Shown in pieces: positions 43,772 through 53,108 of a stretch of DNA of 64,000 nucleotides. Both the position numbers and the translations under genes were made by a program. The notes under the pieces are model-generated. The model had not been told where the DNA came from and did no database searches. It saw nothing but the letters and a program-made list of their open reading frames with translations. The stretch covers positions 109,069 to 173,068 of the forward strand of contig JAIDXM010000049.1 of the NCBI GenBank assembly GCA_029058745.1, written 5' to 3'. Every line of letters begins with the position of its first letter. The stretch's first letter is position 1. The stretch is from Muribaculaceae bacterium (GTDB taxonomy: Bacteria > Bacteroidota > Bacteroidia > Bacteroidales > Muribaculaceae).

Positions 43772-46135
43772 ATGACCATGATAAGAAAGATTGTATCGGC
43801 GTGTTGCCTGGTGGCCATTCTCGCCTCCGGGTGTTCTTCCGACCGTGGCGGGAAGCCTGCTCCCGCGATTGCTCCCGACGAGACCATAGAGTCTGCCATA
43901 AAGGAGAAACTCGGGAAAATGAGTCTCGAAGAGAAGGTGGGGCAGATGACCCAAATCACAATCGATGTCGTGACAGATATGCCCGCGAGCTGGAGCACCG
44001 GCAAGTTTACCCTGTCGCAGGGAAAACTCGACACGATCATCGGAATCCACAAGGTGGGTTCACTTCTGAACGTGCCCATGAGCGTGGCCCAGACCCGCGA
44101 GACCTACCACGACATGATGGTGAAGGTGCAGGAGATGTCGATGAAGGAGATCGGGATTCCATGTATATTCGGGCTCGACCAGATTCATGGTGTCACCTAT
44201 GTGCTTGGAGGCACTCTCTTCCCACAGAACATCAACATAGCCGCTTCCTTCAATCCGGCTCATGCCCGGAAGGCTGGTGAGATTACGGCTTACGAGACAA
44301 GGGCGGCCTCTGTGCCCTGGTCTTTCTCTCCGGTGGTGGATCTCGGACGCGACCCTCGCTGGAGCCGTCAGTGGGAAAATTTCGGGGAAGACCCGCTGAT
44401 GAACAGTGTGTTCGGAACAGAGGCGGTGCTGGGAATGCAGGGAAATGACCCGAATCATGTTGACCAGAAGCATATCGCCGCCTGCGTGAAGCATTTCATG
44501 GGTTATGGAGTGCCGCGTTCCGGCAAGGACAGGACCCCCTCTGCAATCTCCGAGGCGGAGATGCGAGAGAAGCACTTCGCGCCTTATGTCAGCGCCATCC
44601 GCAACGGGGCTCTCTCGGTGATGGTAAACTCCGCCAACAATAACGGCGTGCCGTTCCATGCCAACAAGGAGCTGCTGACAGACTGGCTCAAGGAAGGACT
44701 GAACTGGGATGGCCTGATCGTGACCGACTGGGCCGACATCAACAACCTCTATACCCGCGATCACGTGGCGGCCGACCAGAAGGAAGCCATCGAGATGGCC
44801 ATAAACGCCGGGATTGACATGAGCATGGTTCCTTACGACACAAGTTTCTGCACCGACCTTATAGAGCTCGTCAATGAGGGACGGGTGCCGATGAGCCGTA
44901 TCGATGACGCCGTGGCGAGGGTGTTGCGTCTGAAATATCGTCTCGACCTTTTCGAGCATCCTTATCAGGAAATCTCCGAGTATCCGGAGTTCGGCTCGGA
45001 GGCATTCGCGGCCGCCGCTCTTGAGGCTGCGGTGGAGAGTGAGGTGCTTCTGAAGAATGAGGGTAATCTGTTGCCTCTCAAGGAGGGCACCCGTATTCTT
45101 GTGGCCGGCCCTAACGCCAACTCCATGCGTGCTCTCAACGGGGGGTGGAGCTATAGCTGGCAGGGAGACAAGGCCGATGCCTGCGCATCCGGCTATAATA
45201 CTATCTATGAGGCTTTGTGCGAGGAGTTTGGTAAAGGGAATGTGACTCTCTGCCAGGGCGTGGAGTATGCCACAGGCGACGGCTCCGACTGGCAGGCTGA
45301 TTCCGACACAGGCATCTCCGCCGCTGTGGCGGCTGCTTCACGGGCAGATGTGATTGTGGCGTGTGTGGGCGAGAACTCATATTGCGAGACTCCGGGTAAT
45401 ATGGACGACCTTTCTCTGTCGCCCAATCAGACGGAACTTGTGAAGCGTCTTGCCGCCACCGGAAAACCGGTCGTGTTGGTGCTCAACGAGGGTCGTCCGC
45501 GCATAGTGCGCGACCTTGTGCCGCTCTGCAAGGCCGTGGTTGATATACTGCTCCCCGGCAACTATGGAGGCGACGCTCTGGCTCTCCTGCTTGCGGGGAA
45601 GGCTAATTTCAGCGCCAAACTGCCCATCACATATCCTAAATATGTGAACGCGCTCTATACCTACGACCATAAGCCGGCCGAAAACATAGGTGAGGCCATG
45701 GAAGGGAACTACAACTATGACGCGAAGATGAATATCCAGTGGCCGTTCGGTTATGGCCTTAGCTACACTGATTACGAATACTCCAATATCGCGATAGACA
45801 AGAAAGAATTCGGTCCGGAAGATGAGCTGACCATCACCGTGGATGTGGCCAACAAAGGGAATGTGGCTGGAAAAGAACCGGTATTGCTTTTCTCGCGTGA
45901 TGTGGTGGCTTCTGTATCGCCCGACAATATCCGTCTCAGAGGTTTCGACAAGATAGGATTGCAGCCTGGAGAGAAGAAAACCGTCACCTTCCGTATTCCT
46001 GCGTCCGACCTTGCCTTTGTCGGCTCCGACAACAAGTGGCGCATAGAGAAAGGGGATTTCCGTTTCCGCGTAGGCAACCAGTGGGTTGAGGCCCGGTGTC
46101 TCGACACGAAGGTGTTCGACACTCCCGACAAATGA
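43772..46135 (+). CDS. Glycoside hydrolase family 3 lipoprotein (beta-glucosidase-like)
   Basis: 787 aa. Lipobox ILASGCSS, with CVKHFMGYG and [10 protein letters not shown]. Confidence 0.9.
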   Translation: MTMIRKIVSACCLVAILASGCSSDRGGKPAPAIAPDETIESAIKEKLGKMSLEEKVGQMTQITIDVVTDMPASWSTGKFTLSQGKLDTIIGIHKVGSLLNVPMSVAQTRETYHDMMVKVQEMSMKEIGIPCIFGLDQIHGVTYVLGGTLFPQNINIAASFNPAHARKAGEITAYETRAASVPWSFSPVVDLGRDPRWSRQWENFGEDPLMNSVFGTEAVLGMQGNDPNHVDQKHIAACVKHFMGYGVPRSGKDRTPSAISEAEMREKHFAPYVSAIRNGALSVMVNSANNNGVPFHANKELLTDWLKEGLNWDGLIVTDWADINNLYTRDHVAADQKEAIEMAINAGIDMSMVPYDTSFCTDLIELVNEGRVPMSRIDDAVARVLRLKYRLDLFEHPYQEISEYPEFGSEAFAAAALEAAVESEVLLKNEGNLLPLKEGTRILVAGPNANSMRALNGGWSYSWQGDKADACASGYNTIYEALCEEFGKGNVTLCQGVEYATGDGSDWQADSDTGISAAVAAASRADVIVACVGENSYCETPGNMDDLSLSPNQTELVKRLAATGKPVVLVLNEGRPRIVRDLVPLCKAVVDILLPGNYGGDALALLLAGKANFSAKLPITYPKYVNALYTYDHKPAENIGEAMEGNYNYDAKMNIQWPFGYGLSYTDYEYSNIAIDKKEFGPEDELTITVDVANKGNVAGKEPVLLFSRDVVASVSPDNIRLRGFDKIGLQPGEKKTVTFRIPASDLAFVGSDNKWRIEKGDFRFRVGNQWVEARCLDTKVFDTPDK

Positions 46136-46154
46136 GGATATTAGTTATAAGGAT

Positions 46155-46187
46155 TGTGGCCGGCTCGTCATCCCGACGTGCCGGCCA
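46155..46187 (+). terminator. Hairpin terminator after the GH3 gene
   Basis: gtggccggc / gccggccac perfect 9-bp stem, 20 nt after the stop. Confidence 0.5.
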
Positions 46188-46441
46188 CTTGCGCTTTAAT
46201 AATTGATTTTATCAGTTCCCTAATTTTATTTACACCTAATTATCCATTTATTTTTCTGAGTCAGTAGCCCACAAATCGCGACCTTGGAGAGAAGGCTCTC
46301 CGATTAGAGACACTGCTTTAAGCGAGAGTTCAGAGAGGAGGAAAACCCAAAATGGTAAAGGGGTTTTTCTTATTTGTAGTGCAAAGTTATAATTGAAACA
46401 AAATTTTTGCAAATTTTTTTGGTAAAAAAATTGTACGTGAA

Positions 46442-46463
46442 ATTTTTCAAACGTTTGAAAAAT
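46442..46463. promoter_or_regulatory. Perfect 22-bp palindrome with CG centre (LacI-family operator candidate)
   Basis: atttttcaaacgtttgaaaaat is its own reverse complement. gcaaacg half-site-like motifs recur at 46466-46472 and 46534-46540. Confidence 0.5.
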
Positions 46464-46526
46464 CTGCAAACGTTGTAAGATTGAAAATTAATGTGCTAAA
46501 TATTTGCATTAAGTAAAAAAGGTGAT

Positions 46527-46534
46527 TAACTTTG
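46527..46534 (+). promoter_or_regulatory. -7 box TAACTTTG
   Basis: Exact TAnnTTTG 68 nt upstream of the ATG at 46602. Confidence 0.45.
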
Positions 46535-46601
46535 CAAACGAAAAGAAGCTTATATCTGTCTTCAAACCAATGCAAAAACTCTCCAAATAACCTCTCTGCC
46601 T

Positions 46602-47195
46602 ATGAAAAGGGTAACAATAACAGATATTGCCAGACATCTTAGGTTGTCGCCATCAACTGTGTCACGGGCATTGTCGGGCGACAAGAACATACGCCAGGAA
46701 ACGAAAGACATCATCTTCAAGGCCGCCGACAGCCTTGGATATCGGCGAAATCGCCTTGCGGTGAGTCTTCGTAGCGGCAAAACCAATATCGTGGGAGTGG
46801 TCGTCAATCAGATGGTCGCGTCCTCCACTCTTCATATCCTTGCCGGAGCAGAGAAGACACTTCATGCTGAGGGCATCAACATGATGGTGGCCAACTCCGA
46901 GGGGGATGCAGAGCGGGAGAGGTCGAATATAAGGATGATGGAAGATATCAATGTCGATGGATTGATAATAGAGGCGTGTGCTCATGAAATGAACGTTACC
47001 GAATATCTGAAACTTAAAAACATCGGGGTGCCGATGGTGTTTGTGCATTCCGTTCCGACAGGGGTGATAGTCTCGAGTGTGGGATACAAGGAGGGTGGCG
47101 AAGCCGAGCCTTATCTGCTTGGAGAGAAGGCCGCGGAGCTGTTGCTCGACATCATGAACAACCGCATACAGTTTCCGGAGCGTATTCTCATCTGA
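46602..47195 (+). CDS. LacI-family regulator, abnormally short (197 aa; likely degenerate)
   Basis: HTH ITDIARHLRLSPSTVSRAL is intact. The effector-binding part jumps from VPMVFVHSVPTG to the C-terminal-like GEKAAELLLDIM. Typical family members are about 330-350 aa. Confidence 0.6.
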   Translation: MKRVTITDIARHLRLSPSTVSRALSGDKNIRQETKDIIFKAADSLGYRRNRLAVSLRSGKTNIVGVVVNQMVASSTLHILAGAEKTLHAEGINMMVANSEGDAERERSNIRMMEDINVDGLIIEACAHEMNVTEYLKLKNIGVPMVFVHSVPTGVIVSSVGYKEGGEAEPYLLGEKAAELLLDIMNNRIQFPERILI

Positions 47196-47293
47196 GATTC
47201 CCGGAGACCCGGATGAAGAACTTCGGGATTGCTGGATTCCACAAATTTCCACAAATTTTTAACGGAAGGTTGGTTTTATTGGGATAATTGTAT

Positions 47294-47301
47294 TAAATTT
47301 G
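47294..47301 (+). promoter_or_regulatory. -7 box TAAATTTG ahead of the riboswitch
   Basis: Exact TAnnTTTG about 10-25 nt upstream of the inferred riboswitch 5' end. Confidence 0.4.
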
Positions 47302-47309
47302 CAGGGAGG

Positions 47310-47520
47310 TTCGCAGGGAACCTCATTGATTCGGTGGGCTGACGGAGAGCGGAAAACTCTCCGGAGTCCTTAAACGGGAACCGGGTGTGAATCCCGGGCA
47401 GTCCCGCTGCTGTAAGTTTCATGCAACCGAGGCCATATTATGTCACTGGGAGCCGCAAGACGGAATCCCGGGAAGGCGTGGCCAAAGGGAAACGAGCCAG
47501 AATACCGGCCGGGTCAATAT
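47310..47520 (+). promoter_or_regulatory. Cobalamin (B12) riboswitch aptamer
   Basis: Core aaacGGGAAccgGGTGtGAAtCCcgggCaGtCCCGCtGCTGTAAg (47373-47416), B12-box-like gtCACTGGgag ... GGGAAGGC (47441-47478), and closing GAGCCAGAAtACCgGCC (47493-47510). All in consensus order on the + strand. Confidence 0.8.
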
Positions 47521-47862
47521 TGTCTGTTCGAAGGCTTGCGAGGACAGGTTTACGACAAGGCTATGACCGGGAGTTTCCCAGATATGATATAGAAATCCAT
47601 TGCGACGCAGAGGGTGCGGGGTGATGGAGTAACGGCTCGATATGATTTTGATTGAACCGGTCAAGCCTGTACGTTCTGTCCTCCGGCCTTTTTTATCTCA
47701 GTCCGCATTATCGGATTGCAGACACTTCCCATTCCCTTACTACACCCCTGATGGATATCATTTGCATTCCATTTGGATATGCCCTTTGTGACGTTTCGTA
47801 ATTGAAGCGGCATGAGATTATGTATATTTTTTAGAAATGTTTGCAGTTTAATTGATTTTTAT

Positions 47863-47870
47863 TAATTTTG
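47863..47870 (+). promoter_or_regulatory. -7 box TAATTTTG for the thr operon
   Basis: Exact TAnnTTTG 65 nt upstream of the ATG at 47935. Confidence 0.45.
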
Positions 47871-47934
47871 GCAGGCGTTTCGGCGTACTTGTGTAAAAAC
47901 TCGATAAGACGAATAATATAGATTGACGGCAAAG

Positions 47935-50370
47935 ATGAAGGTAATGAAATTCGGAGGTACTTCCGTAGGCACGGTCGATAGTCTCTCCAATGTGAAAAAG
48001 ATAGTGGAGGAAACTCCAGGACGCAAGGTGGTGGTGGTGTCCGCGCTCAGTGGCATCACAGACCTGCTGATTTCTACGGCAAGGCTCGCGGTGGCTGACG
48101 ACATCAGCTATCTGGAATCGTATGCCCGGATAGTGGAGCGTCATCTCGCGGTAATCAACGGGGTTGTGCCTGCCGCGAAGAGGGAATCTACGGAATCGGT
48201 GGTAAGGATGATGCTCGACGAGCTTTCAAATATCTACAAGGGAGTGTTACTGCTGCGCGACCTTTCGCCACGCGCCCTGAATATGATTGTAAGCTATGGC
48301 GAACGCCTCTCAAGCATAATAGTGGCCAACACCATCAAGGGGGCCACCCATTTCGATTCCAGGGCTTTCATACGCACCAAGAGATTGGCAAACGGGGCGG
48401 ATGTGCTTGATTCGGAGCTCACCAACCGTCTCATAGTCGAGAATCTCAATGCCTACGGGTGGGAGACCGCCGTTGTCGGAGGATTCATAGCGTCCGACAC
48501 GGGAGGGGAGGTGACAAATCTCGGACGTGGAGGCAGCGATTACACCGCCTCTGTAATGGCGGCGGCCCTCGATGCCGACTCCCTTGAGATATGGACAGAC
48601 GTGGATGGGTTCATGACAGCCGATCCTAAGGTGATTGACAACGCATACGTGATTGACGAGCTGACATTCACCGAGGCCATGGAGCTGTGTAATTTCGGGG
48701 CGAAGGTGATTTATCCCCCTACTATATATCCGGTGTATCATAAGAATATACCGATTCTTGTCAAGAACACATTCAATCCTGAAGCCCGAGGCACCCGTAT
48801 AAGCTCTACGGCACATCATGGCGGGAAGCCTATCAAAGGGATATCCTCAATCAACGACACATGCCTGGTCACAATCACGAGTCTATGTATGGTGGGGGTG
48901 ATAGGGGTGAATTCAAGGATATTCAACGCGCTCACGGCCAAGGGGGTGAGCGTGTTCCTCGTGTCGCAGGCGGCCAGCGAGAACAACACCACCATTGCAG
49001 TGCGCAACGCCGACGCCGACCTTGCCGTGGAGACTCTCCGCGAGGAGTTTGCCGCCGAGCTGGAGTCCGGGATGTTCAATGACATAGTGCCGGAAAGGAA
49101 CCTCGCCACAGTGGCCGTGGTGGGGGAGAACATGAAACACACCACCGGTCTGGCCGGAAAACTCTTCAACACTGTGGGGCGCAACGGCATAAACGTCATA
49201 GCCTGCGCGCAAGGCGCGTCGGAGACCAACATCTCCTTCGTGATAGAGAAGAAGAGCCTGCGTAAGGCCCTTAACGTGATTCATGATTCATTCTTCCTGT
49301 CGGAGAGCCAGGTGCTCAACGTGTTTCTTGTGGGCATCGGCAATGTCGGGAGCAGTCTTCTGAGCCAGATTCGCAAACAGCAGGAGAAGCTGCAGAAGGA
49401 GAAGAGCCTGAAATTGAATGTGGTGGGTATCGCCTCAAGCCGGAAGGCGGTCTTCAGCAGCGACGGGATTGACATAACACGCTGTCATGAGCTGCTCGAC
49501 ACGGAGGGAATCGACGCCACCCCGGAGATTATCCGACGCGAGATTCTGAAGATGAATATATTCAATCCGGTGTTTGTGGATTGCACAGCCTCCGCCGACA
49601 TCGCGGCTCTCTATCAGGAGCTCCTGGAACACAACGTCAACGTCGTCGCGGCCAACAAAATCGCCGCCTCGTCCGACTATCCGTCCTATCTGCGGCTAAA
49701 GGAGACGGCACGCCGCAAAGACGTGAAATATCTTTTCGAGACGAATGTTGGCGCGGGACTTCCAATCATCAACACCATCAATTCCCTGATTAACTCAGGC
49801 GACAAGATATTGAAAATCGAAGCCGTGGTGTCGGGCACACTCAACTACATCTTCAACGTGCTCGCGTCCGACGTGCCGCTAAGCCGTGCCGTGGAGATGG
49901 CTAAGGAGGCGGGATATTCCGAGCCGGACCCGCGCATCGACCTTTCCGGGAAGGATGTGGTGCGTAAGCTTGTGATTCTTGCCCGCGAAGCCGGATATGA
50001 GGTGGAGCAGGAAGACGTGGAAAAGCGTCTTTTCGTGCCTGAGGAGTATTTCGAAGGGGATGCCGCCGGTTTTATAGACCGTCTGCGCGGACTCGACCCT
50101 GAATTCGAGAAGAAGAGGGCGGAGGCCGACGCTAACGGCGAGCATTTCCGTTTTGTAGCCTCTCTTGACAATGGCAAAGTGTCGGTGGGATTGCGTAGGG
50201 TTGACTCTTCGCATCCTTTCTACAATCTGGCCGGAAGCAACAACGTGATATTGCTCACCACCGAACGCTACAAGGAGTTTCCGATGGTTATAAAGGGATA
50301 TGGAGCCGGCGCGGAGGTGACAGCGGCCGGTGTGTTTGCCGATATTATAAGTATAGCCAACATCCGTTGA
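47935..50370 (+). CDS. thrA: Bifunctional aspartokinase / homoserine dehydrogenase
   Basis: The track start at 47923 is a TTG; the ATG at 47935 gives MKVMKFGGTSVG (kinase N-terminus). ACT region, then the HSDH half (VFLVGIGNVGSSLL). Confidence 0.9.
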   Translation: MKVMKFGGTSVGTVDSLSNVKKIVEETPGRKVVVVSALSGITDLLISTARLAVADDISYLESYARIVERHLAVINGVVPAAKRESTESVVRMMLDELSNIYKGVLLLRDLSPRALNMIVSYGERLSSIIVANTIKGATHFDSRAFIRTKRLANGADVLDSELTNRLIVENLNAYGWETAVVGGFIASDTGGEVTNLGRGGSDYTASVMAAALDADSLEIWTDVDGFMTADPKVIDNAYVIDELTFTEAMELCNFGAKVIYPPTIYPVYHKNIPILVKNTFNPEARGTRISSTAHHGGKPIKGISSINDTCLVTITSLCMVGVIGVNSRIFNALTAKGVSVFLVSQAASENNTTIAVRNADADLAVETLREEFAAELESGMFNDIVPERNLATVAVVGENMKHTTGLAGKLFNTVGRNGINVIACAQGASETNISFVIEKKSLRKALNVIHDSFFLSESQVLNVFLVGIGNVGSSLLSQIRKQQEKLQKEKSLKLNVVGIASSRKAVFSSDGIDITRCHELLDTEGIDATPEIIRREILKMNIFNPVFVDCTASADIAALYQELLEHNVNVVAANKIAASSDYPSYLRLKETARRKDVKYLFETNVGAGLPIINTINSLINSGDKILKIEAVVSGTLNYIFNVLASDVPLSRAVEMAKEAGYSEPDPRIDLSGKDVVRKLVILAREAGYEVEQEDVEKRLFVPEEYFEGDAAGFIDRLRGLDPEFEKKRAEADANGEHFRFVASLDNGKVSVGLRRVDSSHPFYNLAGSNNVILLTTERYKEFPMVIKGYGAGAEVTAAGVFADIISIANIR

Positions 50371-50398
50371 GCGAAGCTCTGCGGAAAAGACTTTAATT

Positions 50399-51622
50399 AT
50401 GATGAAACATATAATAATTCTTGGCGACGGCATGGCCGACCGTCCATGCACCGCCTTGGGAGGCCTGACCCCTCTGGAGGCCGCCCATACCCCCGCGCTC
50501 GATGCCCTGGCGGCTCGTGGCCGTTCCGGATTGCTTGCCACTGTGCCGGAGGGATTCTCTCCGGGGAGCGAAATAGCCCATCTGTCGCTTCTTGGCTACG
50601 ACCTGCCCTTGGTGTTCGAGGGGAGAGGGGTGCTTGAGGCGGCGAGCATGGGTGTCTCGATAGAACCTTCGGAGATGGCCATGAGGTGTAATCTCATATG
50701 CATTGCCTCCGACGGGACCATAAAGAACCATTCGGCAGGACATATCTCAAGCGGAGAGGCTTCCGAGCTGATTGATTTCCTCAACCGCGAACTTGGCGAC
50801 GGAGCAGCTCGTTTCTATCCGGGTGTGAGCTACCGTCATCTGCTGAAGGTGAGGGGTGGCGACAAGCGCATAGCGTGCACCCCGCCTCACGATGTGCCCG
50901 GACACCTTGCCGACAGTGAGATGGTGCGCCCACTTTCTCCGGAAGCCGAAGCCACGGCGGAATACATCAACAGGCTCATAAAACGCTCGCAGGAGATTCT
51001 TCCCTCTCATCCTGTCAATGTCAGGAGAGTGGCAGAAGGGAAAGACCCTGCCAACAGCATATGGCCCTGGAGTCCCGGCTACAAACCGGCCATGAGAACC
51101 ATGGGTGAGCTTTTCGGAATCCGGAAAGGGTATGTGATATCCGCCGTTGACCTGATTATGGGCATTGGGGTATATGCCGGACTCGAACCGATAGTGGTGG
51201 AAGGGGCCACTGGTCTCTACGACACCAACTATGAGGGGAAACTGCAGGCCGCACTCGACGCAATGCGCGGAGGGGCGGATTTTGTGTTCCTGCATATCGA
51301 GGCGAGCGACGAGGCGGGGCATGAGGGGGATGTGATGCTCAAGAAACGCACCATAGAGAATCTCGACCACAGGATTGTGGGTCCGCTGATGGAGGCTCTG
51401 AAGGATTTCGACGAGGAGGTGGCAGTGGCGGTGCTTCCCGACCATCCTACCCCTTGCGACATCAGGACCCACACCTCCGATCCGGTGCCGTTCATCATCA
51501 GTCGCAGCGATGTCGAGCCTGACAGCGTGACGTGCTATTCAGAACGTGCCGCCTCTGAGGGAGGCTACGGTCTGTTGCAAGGCGACGGGTTTATCCGTGA
51601 ATTCCTGAGAGAAGGATTCTGA
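50399..51622 (+). CDS. Cofactor-independent phosphoglycerate mutase (ApgM)-like protein embedded in the thr operon
   Basis: 407 aa. ILGDGMADRP N-terminus and HIEASDEAGHEGD metal-site region typical of the ApgM/alkaline-phosphatase superfamily. Sits between thrA and thrC. Confidence 0.8.
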   Translation: MMKHIIILGDGMADRPCTALGGLTPLEAAHTPALDALAARGRSGLLATVPEGFSPGSEIAHLSLLGYDLPLVFEGRGVLEAASMGVSIEPSEMAMRCNLICIASDGTIKNHSAGHISSGEASELIDFLNRELGDGAARFYPGVSYRHLLKVRGGDKRIACTPPHDVPGHLADSEMVRPLSPEAEATAEYINRLIKRSQEILPSHPVNVRRVAEGKDPANSIWPWSPGYKPAMRTMGELFGIRKGYVISAVDLIMGIGVYAGLEPIVVEGATGLYDTNYEGKLQAALDAMRGGADFVFLHIEASDEAGHEGDVMLKKRTIENLDHRIVGPLMEALKDFDEEVAVAVLPDHPTPCDIRTHTSDPVPFIISRSDVEPDSVTCYSERAASEGGYGLLQGDGFIREFLREGF

Positions 51623-51666
51623 TTCCAATTATCTTCCTGCCACTTAACAGATAAAAACATACAGAT

Positions 51667-52974
51667 ATGATATACAGAAGTACTGCGGGCAAGAGTCCCG
51701 ACGTCTCCCTGGAGGAGGCTGTAGTCAAGGGTCTCGCTCCAGACCGGGGACTATACATGCCGGAGCGTATTCCGGAAATGCCGAAAGAGTTTTTCGACCG
51801 CCTTCCGGGCATGACACTTGTGGAGATGGCCTCGGAAGTGGCCACCGCGCTCTTTGGCGATGACATCGAAGCCGGAAATTTGAAAGCTATCACGGAGGAG
51901 ACACTGAATTTCCCGGTTCCTCTCGTGAAGGTGGCCGACGGCAGGTACTCGCTCGAACTGTTCCATGGCCCTACACTCGCATTCAAGGATGTTGGCGCCA
52001 GATTCATGGCACGTGTCTTGGGCTATTTCAACCGCGACAATAAGGACCGTGTGGTCAACGTGCTTGTGGCCACCTCCGGCGACACCGGAAGCGCCGTTGC
52101 CAACGGATTCCTCGGAGTGGAGGGGGTGCGCGTCTTCGTGCTCTATCCCAAGGGGAAGGTGAGCCCCATCCAGGAGTCGCAGTTCACGACTCTCGGACGC
52201 AACATAGAGGCTATTGAGGTTGACGGCACGTTCGACGACTGCCAGGCGCTTGTGAAGCAGGCGTTCCTTGACAGTGAACTCAACGACGCCATGATGCTGA
52301 CATCGGCGAATTCCATCAATGTGGCGCGTTTCCTCCCCCAGATGTTCTACTATTTCCATGCGTGGGCACAGCTTGCCGCCACAGGGGCAGACATGTCGCA
52401 AGTGGTGGTGTGTGTGCCGAGCGGGAATTTCGGAAATATCACTGCGGGACTTATAGCGAAGCGGATGGGACTCCCCATAAAGCGGTTCATCGCCGCCAAC
52501 AATGCCAACGATGTCTTTTTTGAATATCTGAATACCGGTGAATACCGTCCGCGCCATTCCGTTCAGACAATCGCCAACGCCATGGATGTAGGCGACCCGA
52601 GTAACTTCGCCCGAATCCTTGATCTCTATGGCAATAGCCATGACGCCATCTCTGGCGAGATAAGCGGTTGTACATATACCGACCTGGAGATAGCCGCGAC
52701 AGTAAAGGAGACGCTTGAAAGGGAGGGGTATCAGCTCGACCCGCATGGAGCCGTGGCTTACAGGGCTTTGACTGAGATGCTTGCGCCAGGAGAGACCGGG
52801 ATATTCCTGGAGACGGCTCATCCTGCAAAATTCAAGGAGACTGTAGAGGGGATTACCGGCGAGCCTGTTTTGGTGCCGGAAAGACTTGCCGCTTTCATGC
52901 GAGGTGAGAGGAAGGTAGCTCCGCTAAGTGCCGATTTCGCGGCATTCAAGAGCTTCCTGCTGGGAAAGGCTTAG
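51667..52974 (+). CDS. thrC: Threonine synthase
   Basis: 435 aa. PLP-Lys region HGPTLAFKDVGARF and ATSGDTGSA. Confidence 0.95.
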   Translation: MIYRSTAGKSPDVSLEEAVVKGLAPDRGLYMPERIPEMPKEFFDRLPGMTLVEMASEVATALFGDDIEAGNLKAITEETLNFPVPLVKVADGRYSLELFHGPTLAFKDVGARFMARVLGYFNRDNKDRVVNVLVATSGDTGSAVANGFLGVEGVRVFVLYPKGKVSPIQESQFTTLGRNIEAIEVDGTFDDCQALVKQAFLDSELNDAMMLTSANSINVARFLPQMFYYFHAWAQLAATGADMSQVVVCVPSGNFGNITAGLIAKRMGLPIKRFIAANNANDVFFEYLNTGEYRPRHSVQTIANAMDVGDPSNFARILDLYGNSHDAISGEISGCTYTDLEIAATVKETLEREGYQLDPHGAVAYRALTEMLAPGETGIFLETAHPAKFKETVEGITGEPVLVPERLAAFMRGERKVAPLSADFAAFKSFLLGKA

Positions 52975-53108
52975 GATTATTTTTTTAGGCCATAGCCCAT
53001 AGGGGTTATATGGTAATATTGGGACAATACCATAGAGCCATAGAGTTGTGGTGTCGCTACACCATGATTCTATGACACTATGGTTGTCCAATTTTACTTA
53101 CAATAGAA

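Noticed and set aside
47195-47290. Continuation of the LacI gene in another frame after the stop at 47195 (simple frameshift)
   Set aside because: The +1 frame translation (IPGDPDEELRDCWIPQISTNF) shows no LacI C-terminal similarity and stops after about 25 codons. The shortening is better explained by deletion than by a single frameshift.
47310-50370. Cobalamin riboswitch as the direct 5' leader of thrA
   Set aside because: About 415 nt separate the aptamer from the thrA ATG. A T-run and a separate exact -7 box lie in between, and there is no functional link between B12 and thrA. This is kept only as a low-probability alternative in the finding.
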